IMG/VR virus record: IMGVR_UViG_3300012953_000019
Location: 52,287 to 116,286 of that record
Reading direction: 5' to 3' (one strand)
Length of the DNA stretch: 64,000 nt
DNA from: a virus
The translations under genes and the position numbers were made by a program. The notes under the pieces are model-generated. The model was not told the origin of the DNA. It made no database searches and saw only the letters and a list, made by a program, of their open reading frames with translations. Below, in pieces: positions 50,947 through 59,188 of the stretch (positions within the stretch are counted from its first letter, which is position 1; every line of letters begins with the position of its first letter).

Positions 50947-51005
50947 CTCAGACTGTCACTTTCGTGACCTCTCTCTCCTCTCATAAATGGAAGTGACAGT
51001 CTGAG
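50947..51005 (+). ncRNA. Long perfect hairpin with CU-rich loop; terminator and/or candidate anti-SD RNA
   Basis: CTCAGACTGTCACTT (50947-50961) and AAGTGACAGTCTGAG (50991-51005) are exact reverse complements; followed by ATTTT. Confidence 0.55.
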
Positions 51006-51009
51006 ATTT

Positions 51010-51017
51010 TATAAATA
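51010..51017 (+). promoter_or_regulatory. T4-type late promoter
   Basis: Exact TATAAATA. Confidence 0.75.
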
Positions 51018-51049
51018 GTAGTATACTAGTCAAATTTTTGGAGTAAAAA

Positions 51050-51412
51050 ATGGCATACAAATACGCAATTACATATTCAAGACCTACCACAGATGACAAT
51101 TGGTATGTAATGGATACCGATGTAGTATATACCGCAGAAGAAACTGCTAGACAAACAGTCCTTAGCGATTGGATTGAAGCTAGAAAGGCTGACGGAGATA
51201 TTACGGTAAGTTGGGAGTTCAGTGACGATCAGTTGGACTTTTCATATATTCTAACATATGAAGATGAAGCAAAATACAACGAACTAAGAGCCGCATGGGA
51301 AGTAGTTAGAGATGCCCAGTGCGATGGTATTGAACCAGAAACAGAAGCAAAGTTTGTTCAATGGAACACAGACAACAACTCTACTTTTGCAATTACTAAA
51401 GAAACTGTTTAA
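51050..51412 (+). CDS. Hypothetical acidic protein, late-expressed
   Basis: 120 aa, SD GGAG, own late promoter. Confidence 0.6.
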   Translation: MAYKYAITYSRPTTDDNWYVMDTDVVYTAEETARQTVLSDWIEARKADGDITVSWEFSDDQLDFSYILTYEDEAKYNELRAAWEVVRDAQCDGIEPETEAKFVQWNTDNNSTFAITKETV

Positions 51413-51420
51413 AAAACTAC

Positions 51421-51449
51421 TTGACTTTTGGTAGTCTACCCTATATAAT
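51421..51449 (+). promoter_or_regulatory. sigma70-type early promoter for gp45 operon
   Basis: TTGACT-17 nt-TATAAT. Confidence 0.85.
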
Positions 51450-51481
51450 GATTTTAATTTACAACGTGATGAGGTTACATA

Positions 51482-52132
51482 ATGAAAATATCCAAGAAAA
51501 CCCTAGAGGTTCTCAAAAACTTTGCTAGTATCAATCCTAATCTTTTGATTAGACCTGGCAATGTTTTGAATACAATTCCAGCAGATGTTGGAATCTTTGC
51601 CCGAGCAGAAGTATCAGAAACTTTTGATAGGGAAATTGGCATCTACGATCTGAATACTTTGTTGGCACTTCTATCTATGATGGATGATACTGATGTTGAG
51701 TTTGGTGATGATAGTTTGTCAATCAAAAAAGACTCAGCAGAATTCAAATACTACTATGCCGACAAGAATATCTTAGTTGCGGCACCAGATAAGATTATCG
51801 AAGTAGATTCTGAATTTGCTTTCAAATTATCCACTAAAACAATTGATACTATCAAGCAAGCCGCTTCTATTGTTTCGGCTTCAATGCTTAGTGTCATTGC
51901 CAAAAATGGTAAAGTGGTACTCTCAGTTGGTGACCCAGGTTCTCCAAGATCAAATACATACACCATGGAAATTGGTGAGTATCAAGGTGAATTCGATTGT
52001 CGTATTCCAATGGAAAACTTCAAGGTAATTTCTACTGACTACGATGTAGTTCTTAGTAAGAAAAAGTTCATGCACTTGCATGGCGGAAGTATGCAATACT
52101 GGATCGCTCTAGATCAATCTTCAAAAATATAA
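51482..52132 (+). CDS. gp45: Sliding clamp gp45
   Basis: MKISKKTLEVLKNFASINPN; IGIYDLN; YWIALD. Confidence 0.93.
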   Translation: MKISKKTLEVLKNFASINPNLLIRPGNVLNTIPADVGIFARAEVSETFDREIGIYDLNTLLALLSMMDDTDVEFGDDSLSIKKDSAEFKYYYADKNILVAAPDKIIEVDSEFAFKLSTKTIDTIKQAASIVSASMLSVIAKNGKVVLSVGDPGSPRSNTYTMEIGEYQGEFDCRIPMENFKVISTDYDVVLSKKKFMHLHGGSMQYWIALDQSSKI

Positions 52133-52141
52133 GGAGCGACT

Positions 52142-52765
52142 ATGAAAAATAGTGGCGTTATCGAAGTCGGAACTAAAATTCCAACTTTGAGTTTCCAGAC
52201 CCGTGTACTGGATGAGAATATCACGGAAGGTAATCCATATGTTTGGCAAGAAGTAACAACAGACCAGTTGTTTTCTGACAAAAGAGTAGTTCTTTTCAGT
52301 CTACCTGGTGCTTTTACTCCTACTTGTTCTACATATCAACTTCCTGGTTTTGAAAAGATGTACAATGAGTTTCGTGAAGTTGGTATTGATGAAATTTATT
52401 GTGTATCAGTAAACGATTCTTTTGTTATGAACCAGTGGGGCAAGTGGGCAAACTTAAAAAATGTAAAACTTATTCCAGATGGTTCTGCTCTGTTGACTAT
52501 GAGTATGAATATGCTTGTGTCAAAAGACAATCTTGGTTTTGGTCAAAGATCGTGGAGATATGCTGTAGTTCTAAATGATGGTGTTGTTGAAAAGTCATTC
52601 ATCGAACCTGGTATCAGTGATAATTGTGAGACTGATCCATACAGTGAGACTAGTCCAGAAAATATATTTAATTATATTATTTTTGATAGTCCAGTAAAAG
52701 CAAAGCCACGTGATCTTCAACTTGAATTGTTTGATGGAGGTTCTACAGTCGAATCTTTTGGTTAA
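52142..52765 (+). CDS. Peroxiredoxin (Prx5/AhpE-like redoxin)
   Basis: LPGAFTPTCS, SVNDSFVM, IPDG, RSWRY. Confidence 0.9.
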   Translation: MKNSGVIEVGTKIPTLSFQTRVLDENITEGNPYVWQEVTTDQLFSDKRVVLFSLPGAFTPTCSTYQLPGFEKMYNEFREVGIDEIYCVSVNDSFVMNQWGKWANLKNVKLIPDGSALLTMSMNMLVSKDNLGFGQRSWRYAVVLNDGVVEKSFIEPGISDNCETDPYSETSPENIFNYIIFDSPVKAKPRDLQLELFDGGSTVESFG

Positions 52766-52786
52766 TTATATTATGAGGAGAATTAA

Positions 52787-52963
52787 GTGAGAAAAAAGAA
52801 TGTGAATGAAAGACGCAAAGTTGCGTTACGAAATCTTGAGAATGCAAAGTTCTTTCCGAAGCAGATCAAATCTGGTAAGAAAATGGTTGATCGATCTGAA
52901 GAAACTTGGAACGACAATCGTGATGACATGATTGAAACTTTGAACAAAAGGATCACATCATGA
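52787..52963 (+). CDS. 58-aa basic protein (not in ORF track)
   Basis: GTG start with GAGGAG SD, MRKKNVNERRKVALRNL...RITS*, ATGA overlap with gp44. Confidence 0.65.
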   Translation: MRKKNVNERRKVALRNLENAKFFPKQIKSGKKMVDRSEETWNDNRDDMIETLNKRITS

Positions 52964-53898
52964 GTGAACGCAATGAATTTTTATTTGTGGAGAAGTACAG
53001 ACCACAAACTATCGATGATTGCGTTTTACCAGATTCAGTCAAAGAAACATTTAAACAATTTGTAGTAAAGGGTGAGATACCCAATCTACTACTGTGTGGT
53101 ACTGCCGGTACTGGTAAGACAACAGTTGCTAGAGCCTTGTGTAATGAATTAGATTGTGATGTAATCATGATCAATGGTTCTGAAGAATCTGGTATCGATG
53201 TATTACGTACCAAAATCAAAAAGTTTGCAAGTACTATGAGTTTTGAAAACAAAACCAAAGTAGTAATCTTAGATGAAGCAGACTATCTAAATCCAAATTC
53301 TACTCAGCCCGCACTACGGGCATTCATTGAAGAGTTTTCTGCCAACTGTAGATTTATCTTCACTTGTAATTTCAAAAACAGAATCATTGAACCTTTGCAT
53401 AGTAGAACTACTGTGGTCGAGTTCCGTTTGGACAAAGCTGACAAGCCAAAGATGGCAATGCAGTTTCACAAACGCATGAAAGATATTCTGGATATTGAAG
53501 AGATTAAATACTCTGAAAAAGTTCTTGCTGAATTACTCAAGAAACATTTTCCAGATTATCGTAGAGTTCTAAATGAATTGCAACGATATAGTATTGGTGG
53601 TGTGATTGATGAGGGCATACTCAGCAATCTGGCTGAAATGAATGTCAAGGGTCTTGTTGATGCGCTCAAAGATAAAGACTTCAAGAAGATGCGACAATGG
53701 GTAGCCAACAACGTTGACACAGATCCACAGGGCATCTATCGTAAAGTTTACGATGCATTGATTGACAAAGTAAAACAAGTACCACATTTGGTACTATTGA
53801 TTGCTGACTATCAATACAAAGCGGCATTCGTAGCAGATCAAGAAATTAATCTTACTGCCTGCCTAACAGATATCATGGCGTCTGTTGATATAAAATGA
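52960..53898 (+). CDS. gp44: Clamp loader large subunit gp44
   Basis: VEKYRP, GTAGTGKTT, LDEAD, IIEPLHSR, FPDYRR. Confidence 0.95.
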   Translation: MSERNEFLFVEKYRPQTIDDCVLPDSVKETFKQFVVKGEIPNLLLCGTAGTGKTTVARALCNELDCDVIMINGSEESGIDVLRTKIKKFASTMSFENKTKVVILDEADYLNPNSTQPALRAFIEEFSANCRFIFTCNFKNRIIEPLHSRTTVVEFRLDKADKPKMAMQFHKRMKDILDIEEIKYSEKVLAELLKKHFPDYRRVLNELQRYSIGGVIDEGILSNLAEMNVKGLVDALKDKDFKKMRQWVANNVDTDPQGIYRKVYDALIDKVKQVPHLVLLIADYQYKAAFVADQEINLTACLTDIMASVDIK

Positions 53899-54674
53899 CA
53901 CGCATAGTTGCAATAGACTATGAAATCTCAAGTACGTGCCAAGCAAGATGCCCAATGTGTGTTCGACAAGATGGTGGGAAACTAAAAGATTTTGTACAGA
54001 CACAAAGAACCCTTGATGAAACTAAGCGCATCTTAAATGGTGTAGCTAGTGGATTAAAGTTTGTAAAGTTATGTGGTAATTGGGGTGACCCAATGGGGTG
54101 TGATGAAATTGCAGATATATGTGAATGGTTTATATCAGAAAGTCCTAAAGTTAGAATTGATATTTCAACTAACGGCGCAATAGGAAAGCCAAAAACATAT
54201 CAAAGATTGGGTAAAATGGGAGTCAATATTGTATTTGGATTAGATGGATCAGATCAAGAATCCAATCAGTTGTATAGAAGAAATGTTAAGTGGTCAGATG
54301 CAATGGATAATTTAAAAGCATATAGTTCTGAATGCACTGCAAAAGATTCTTCTTGGCAATATTTACTCTTCAATGAAAATAAAAATCATTTAGAGAGTGC
54401 AATAAAAATTGCAATAGAAAATAAAATTAAATTCTTCACTATTATAGAAAGACCAACTCCATTTGCCTCAGGTAGGCATGAGTCTATAGATAAGTTATCT
54501 GGAAACCAGTGGGGAAAGCATGAGATAATACAGCGCGAAGGACAACAACTACCCGTATATTTTGGTGCAGGTGACTACAACGATGTAGAATATATATTGA
54601 CGCCTGCTTTTGATATGACAGAAAAAGTAAAAGAACTAAAGGAAAAATATGCTCCAGACTTGCATTTCATATAA
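53895..54674 (+). CDS. Radical SAM enzyme (core domain)
   Basis: CQARCPMC (CxxxCxxC), GNWGDP, STNG, FGLDG. Confidence 0.85.
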   Translation: MTRIVAIDYEISSTCQARCPMCVRQDGGKLKDFVQTQRTLDETKRILNGVASGLKFVKLCGNWGDPMGCDEIADICEWFISESPKVRIDISTNGAIGKPKTYQRLGKMGVNIVFGLDGSDQESNQLYRRNVKWSDAMDNLKAYSSECTAKDSSWQYLLFNENKNHLESAIKIAIENKIKFFTIIERPTPFASGRHESIDKLSGNQWGKHEIIQREGQQLPVYFGAGDYNDVEYILTPAFDMTEKVKELKEKYAPDLHFI

Positions 54675-54918
54675 TTGGTCAGAAGATCATTCACGCATTG
54701 CAGATTTTTCAGAAAAGAATCTGAACGTTTTTATTTCTTTTGATGATAAAGTTTATCCTTGTTGTATGACTGCCAATCAATTACCAGAAAGAGGTGTTGC
54801 TATGAATGGTAGAAACTTACAAGAAGTTGTTGACAGTGGCGAACTTAATGATTTATACTATGACGATCTAAAGAATAATACACCAATAAAATTTTGTGTG
54901 GAGACGTGTGGTAAATGA
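54649..54918 (+). CDS. SPASM/twitch-like Fe-S domain as separate ORF (or frameshifted C-terminus of the radical SAM)
   Basis: VFISFDDKVYPCC ... FCVETCG; +1 frame overlap with upstream ORF. Confidence 0.65.
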   Translation: MLQTCISYNWSEDHSRIADFSEKNLNVFISFDDKVYPCCMTANQLPERGVAMNGRNLQEVVDSGELNDLYYDDLKNNTPIKFCVETCGK

Positions 54919-55718
54919 GATTAGTTGAAGGTAATCTAGCAACCGTAAGTGATGGTTCTGCTCATGCAATAGCAGAAGAAGTTCTTGAGAATATGATTGT
55001 AGTAATTAGAAATCAAGAACATATGACAATGGAAGATGAAGTACGTTTCTGTGAGATGATTGGTGAGTGCCAGAGATATGATCTACAACCAGACAGAACA
55101 AAACATATTGCTTGCCACAAAAATATTCTCAGAGTGACTGGAGAAAAAGATGACGATGGTGAAGAAGGATTATTTGGACATACAAGTGCATTAGATTGGC
55201 ACGCCAATCAAGCATCTAATCCAGATAGGTCACCACTCATATGGTTAAAGTCAATAAAAGGTTCACGTGGCAGTCGTACTAGCTGGATTGATATGATCAA
55301 AGCGTATGATGATTTACCAGAGCAAGCCAAGATAGACTTTAAAGATTTACAGATTACTCTTGGGCATGAACATGGTAAATATTCTACTAGTCCATTCTTT
55401 AATGAACATCATTCGCTTGACAAGCCAATGAATTTGGTGTATACTAATGCTATTGGTAAAACTGGATTATACTTTCCATTCTTACAGACATTTGGTATGA
55501 TAGGAAAAACTGATGAAGAGTTTAAAGAAATTCATGAGTACCTAGTCAATCATGTTAAGCAAGAAAAATTTATGTATCATCATGATTGGAAAGATGGTGA
55601 TGTAGTTATCAGTGAACAGTGGTTGAGCGTACACAAAAGATGGCCATTTAAGAAAATGGACAAACGTGTATTGCATAGAATCGCTTTTGATTATTCAAAG
55701 TTGGATTTATTTCGTTGA
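54915..55718 (+). CDS. TauD/TfdA-family Fe(II)/2OG dioxygenase-like protein
   Basis: LDWHAN, HDWKDGDVVI...VHKR, RVLHR. Confidence 0.8.
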   Translation: MRLVEGNLATVSDGSAHAIAEEVLENMIVVIRNQEHMTMEDEVRFCEMIGECQRYDLQPDRTKHIACHKNILRVTGEKDDDGEEGLFGHTSALDWHANQASNPDRSPLIWLKSIKGSRGSRTSWIDMIKAYDDLPEQAKIDFKDLQITLGHEHGKYSTSPFFNEHHSLDKPMNLVYTNAIGKTGLYFPFLQTFGMIGKTDEEFKEIHEYLVNHVKQEKFMYHHDWKDGDVVISEQWLSVHKRWPFKKMDKRVLHRIAFDYSKLDLFR

Positions 55719-56164
55719 AGAACGAATTAGTAATTGTAGTTGACGCTTGGAAAAATCCTGGTGAACGTATGGATTTGTCTAGTGAGACCAAAGCATTTGG
55801 TGTATGGTTAAATTATAATCTAATGCAAATACGTAAAGACTTTACTATCATGCACGTTGCAGACGGTAAACCTATTATGGATGAAATAGATACTTGTACT
55901 GATCTTGTTGAAGACTATATGTGTAACATACCCAACGACTATGATAAGTATTATATATGTGGAATGCATCTAGGAAGATGTACGCACACAAAAGCTATAG
56001 AACTAAAAGAGCGTGTAAAAAAAGATAAAATAGGTATAGTATTCAATCTTAGTTTGCTATATCCTGAAGACGATTATAATATTATGCGTCCAGAATGGTT
56101 TACTATGTATAACTATGTCCGTAGTATGAAAGATTTTACAAAAGATTGTGCACCAATTAACTAA
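55715..56164 (+). CDS. Cysteine-hydrolase (isochorismatase-like) fold protein
   Basis: VIVVDAW and ICGMHLGRC pattern; TTGA overlap. Confidence 0.45.
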   Translation: MKNELVIVVDAWKNPGERMDLSSETKAFGVWLNYNLMQIRKDFTIMHVADGKPIMDEIDTCTDLVEDYMCNIPNDYDKYYICGMHLGRCTHTKAIELKERVKKDKIGIVFNLSLLYPEDDYNIMRPEWFTMYNYVRSMKDFTKDCAPIN

Positions 56165-56175
56165 AAGGATTATAA

Positions 56176-56553
56176 ATGCAAGATATTCAAAGAGATGTTG
56201 AAAGATTCATGTTGGCGGCAGATCAGCCAGTAAGTCGTGTACCTAAAATTTCTCAATCAGATCAAGAGAATTTGTATATGGATTTGATTGCAGAAGAGTA
56301 TGCAGAGTTAGTTACGGCAATGTCCAACAAAGACATTATTGAAAGTGCTGATGCTATTGCAGATTTAATTTGGGTAGCAATTGGTCTTGCTTCAACCATA
56401 GGAATACCATTCGATCAAGTTTGGAACGAAGTAAAGAGATCAAACGATAGTAAAACTGTTGATGGTACTTTAATGAAAAATCCAGAAACAGGAAAAGTTA
56501 TGAAGCCACCTACATTTTCGGAACCGGATTTAAGTCCGATATTATTTCCATGA
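56176..56553 (+). CDS. MazG-like / PRA-PH nucleotide pyrophosphohydrolase
   Basis: LIAEEYAEL, ADAIADLIWV, EVKRSNDSK, GKVMKP. Confidence 0.8.
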   Translation: MQDIQRDVERFMLAADQPVSRVPKISQSDQENLYMDLIAEEYAELVTAMSNKDIIESADAIADLIWVAIGLASTIGIPFDQVWNEVKRSNDSKTVDGTLMKNPETGKVMKPPTFSEPDLSPILFP

Positions 56554-57005
56554 GTTTAAGTGATTTAATTGGTGTAGCACCAAAAGAAGAAATTGATGTT
56601 GAAGACTTCAAAGTAAAGAAGAAGGCTATTAGTCCATTCGACTTTGCTAACAGCATCAACTACACCAAAGAAAATCTTATAGTAGATGATTGGTCTGAGA
56701 AACAGTATAGTCCATTCATTGTCAATAAATCTTTGTCGTATTCAAGCGATACAGTTAAGTTGGCAAATGAAATGAATGCTAGACCTCATATCGATGGTAA
56801 ACTACAATACGATTTTCTAAAAGATATGGTGAGAAAAAAGAAGCGGTTTAACAAATGGCTAAAACCTGAGAAAGAAGATAGCCTTGAGTTGGTAAAAGAG
56901 TATTTTGGTTACAATAACACCAAAGCGCAAGAAGCATTGAGAATTTTAAGTAAAGATGATCTTCAAGAGATGGAACGCCTGATGTTTAAGGGTGGTAAAA
57001 TCTAA
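56550..57005 (+). CDS. gp62: Clamp loader small subunit gp62
   Basis: PFDFANSIN..K; YSPFIVNKSLS; LQYDFL...KKRFNKW; EYFGYN..KAQEAL. Confidence 0.9.
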   Translation: MSLSDLIGVAPKEEIDVEDFKVKKKAISPFDFANSINYTKENLIVDDWSEKQYSPFIVNKSLSYSSDTVKLANEMNARPHIDGKLQYDFLKDMVRKKKRFNKWLKPEKEDSLELVKEYFGYNNTKAQEALRILSKDDLQEMERLMFKGGKI

Positions 57006-57009
57006 ATTT

Positions 57010-57017
57010 TATAAATA
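57010..57017 (+). promoter_or_regulatory. T4-type late promoter upstream of regA
   Basis: Exact TATAAATA. Confidence 0.75.
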
Positions 57018-57060
57018 AAGTTATACATTAACATGATTTTATTTTATAGGTATAACTGAA

Positions 57061-57480
57061 ATGAGTGAAGACTTCTTTGCTATTGATTTCCCTGGATATG
57101 AACCCCTTGAAATCAAACTAAAAAAATCCGATGACTTCTTAAAGGTAAGAGAAACACTTTCCCGTATTGGAGTTGCTTCCAAAAAAGATAAAGTTATATA
57201 CCAGTCTTGTCATATTTTGCACAAGCAGGGTAGATACTTTATCACACACTTTAAGGAGCTTTTTGCTTTAGATGGCAAAGATGCAGACTTCACAGAAAAC
57301 GACATACAGCGAAGAAATACTATTGCTAAGTTGTTGTCTGATTGGGAACTTGTAGAAGTGATCGAATCAGAAAAGTTTTTTGAAGACTGCGCTCCCCTTT
57401 CCCAAATCAAAGTTCTCTCTTTCAAAGAGAAAGATCAATGGTCATTAGTAACCAAATATAACATAGGTAAGAAGAGATAA
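57061..57480 (+). CDS. regA: Translational repressor RegA
   Basis: DDFLKVRETLSRIGVAS; QSCHILHKQGRYFITHFKELFALDG. Confidence 0.97.
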   Translation: MSEDFFAIDFPGYEPLEIKLKKSDDFLKVRETLSRIGVASKKDKVIYQSCHILHKQGRYFITHFKELFALDGKDADFTENDIQRRNTIAKLLSDWELVEVIESEKFFEDCAPLSQIKVLSFKEKDQWSLVTKYNIGKKR

Positions 57481-57546
57481 TCTCTCGGTGATTTTCTATG
57501 TGCCTTCACGTGAGGGACACATTCAAAACTATCAAGGAGATTATCA

Positions 57547-57960
57547 ATGAAGTACTTGCTTTTATTTTTAGCAGTAGTATCGGTTGGTGCCTCGGCACAG
57601 ACTGTAATTAATTATGAAGATGGATCTACATATACATTAGAAAATGGACAAAATATTTTCGTAACTAGTAATCAGAATCTTTGGTTGCGTCAATTGTATT
57701 CTAAAGGCGATGTTTATTTTAGAAAACAAGTTCCATGGCCCAAGCGTGATTACGTTCCTGGACCAAATGATGGAGTTGACGATATCGCTCCTGTTGGTTC
57801 TCATGAATGGTGTAAAGCATACGTTCCATGGGGCGAAGGACTTACTTTTAGTATGGTTGCATGGCAAAGATTCTGCGATACTAACAAGGACAATAAGTAT
57901 GGATGCGGTGACGATACATACGATGCGTCTAGTGATGGAGCCGCTTGCCCTAGTAGCTAA
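57547..57960 (+). CDS. Exported protein with signal peptide and 4-Cys C-terminus
   Basis: MKYLLLFLAVVSVGASA-Q signal peptide (AxA); DTNKDNKY Ca-loop-like motif. Confidence 0.6.
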   Translation: MKYLLLFLAVVSVGASAQTVINYEDGSTYTLENGQNIFVTSNQNLWLRQLYSKGDVYFRKQVPWPKRDYVPGPNDGVDDIAPVGSHEWCKAYVPWGEGLTFSMVAWQRFCDTNKDNKYGCGDDTYDASSDGAACPSS

Positions 57961-58140
57961 TATGTCGCAGGGAAATATTGTAAAATGTTTATGACATTTT
58001 GTTATAAAGGTTATTCATAGTATCTTACCGTTATATATAGTAGTGATATATAAAATTATTGTATTGATATTGTAAATACATAGTATTGTATATCACTTTT
58101 TTAAACTAGGGTCGCTAGTAGTTTTAGGGCCCGCTTATAA

Positions 58141-58155
58141 CTCGCTGAAAAGGAG
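58141..58155 (+). promoter_or_regulatory. ROSE-like SD-occluding hairpin (candidate RNA thermometer)
   Basis: CUCGCU-GAAA-AGGAG: UCGCU pairs with the SD leaving one bulged G. Confidence 0.6.
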
Positions 58156-58161
58156 AAAACA

Positions 58162-58617
58162 ATGGTACGTAAGTATACCCATGCCGATGTCGGCAAAATC
58201 TTTAATGAATGGAATTCCTACTCTGTAGGATTTGACAGACTGTTTGATAATTTTGCAAACGTGCAAGAAATTGCAAGCAATTATCCACCCTACAACATTG
58301 TAAAAACCGATAACGATGATGGATTTATTATCGAAATCGCAGCCGCAGGTTTTACTGAGGATGAATTTAACATCCATGTAGTACCTGAAGGCAATAAGCT
58401 AGTTGTTCAAGGCGTACAGGATAGGGGTGAAGACAAACAAGAATACTATCATAAAGGTATTGCCGCAAGAAACTTTACAAGGACTTTCGCACTGGCAGAA
58501 AGAGTCAACGTGCAAGGTGCTAAATTTGTAAACGGAATGCTACTTATTGAACTACAAAGAATAGTCCCCGAAGAACTTAAACCAATTGAAATCAAAGTAG
58601 TAAAAGGAGAGAAATGA
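58162..58617 (+). CDS. hsp20: Small heat shock protein Hsp20 (IbpA-like)
   Basis: SVGFDRLF, NYPPYNI, IEIAAAGF, HKGIAARNFTRTF, NGMLLIEL. Confidence 0.95.
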   Translation: MVRKYTHADVGKIFNEWNSYSVGFDRLFDNFANVQEIASNYPPYNIVKTDNDDGFIIEIAAAGFTEDEFNIHVVPEGNKLVVQGVQDRGEDKQEYYHKGIAARNFTRTFALAERVNVQGAKFVNGMLLIELQRIVPEELKPIEIKVVKGEK

Positions 58618-58733
58618 AAACCCTCAAGCAATACATTAAAGATTGCGACGGTAGATTCTGTGAGTCAGTAATGGAATTCGCATTAGCGTGTTCGGTTCTG
58701 TCAATCATGGTATTTTCACTAGCACAACTTTAA
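58614..58733 (+). CDS. 39-aa peptide with hydrophobic C-terminus (not in ORF track)
   Basis: MKTLKQYIKDCDGRFCESVMEFALACSVLSIMVFSLAQL*, AGGAG SD, ATGA overlap with hsp20. Confidence 0.55.
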   Translation: MKTLKQYIKDCDGRFCESVMEFALACSVLSIMVFSLAQL

Positions 58734-58747
58734 TCAACAACTAAATT

Positions 58748-59182
58748 ATGGAGTCCATCATGAGTGACAAAGAAAAAACAACTGAGCAACAACTAGCAGA
58801 ACCACATCTTTGTGGAATTACCCTTACTAGTGGAGAAGATATTTTGTGTATTATGGCACACGATATAAATGATAGTATCTATCATGTGTCGAATCCCGCA
58901 CTAGTTTTAATGAAGCAGTCCGAAACTGAAGAGGGAAAGTTTCAGATAGTTTTCAGTCCGTATGTTCCCGTGGCTCATGGTGGACAATGTAAGATAAACA
59001 AATCTTCAGTAGTGTCTCTATACAGACCCGATGATACTTTAGCCGAACAGTATAGAGAAATATATAGGCATCCGGGATTTGAAAAACTGCTTAAAGCGGA
59101 AGAAGAAGCCAAAGAAGCACAAGTTAAAAAAGAGTTAGCAGAACAAGGTATAGACGCCAGCGAAGTAAAATTTGAAGGATAA
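58748..59182 (+). CDS. Conserved hypothetical protein upstream of gp43
   Basis: LTSGEDI...NPA...FSPYVP pattern; start may be ATG 58760. Confidence 0.6.
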   Translation: MESIMSDKEKTTEQQLAEPHLCGITLTSGEDILCIMAHDINDSIYHVSNPALVLMKQSETEEGKFQIVFSPYVPVAHGGQCKINKSSVVSLYRPDDTLAEQYREIYRHPGFEKLLKAEEEAKEAQVKKELAEQGIDASEVKFEG

Positions 59183-59188
59183 AAAGGG

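Noticed and set aside
57961-58161. CIRCE or sigma32 heat-shock promoter upstream of hsp20
   Set aside because: No TTAGCACTC-N9-GAGTGCTAA or CTTGAAA/CCCCAT match seen
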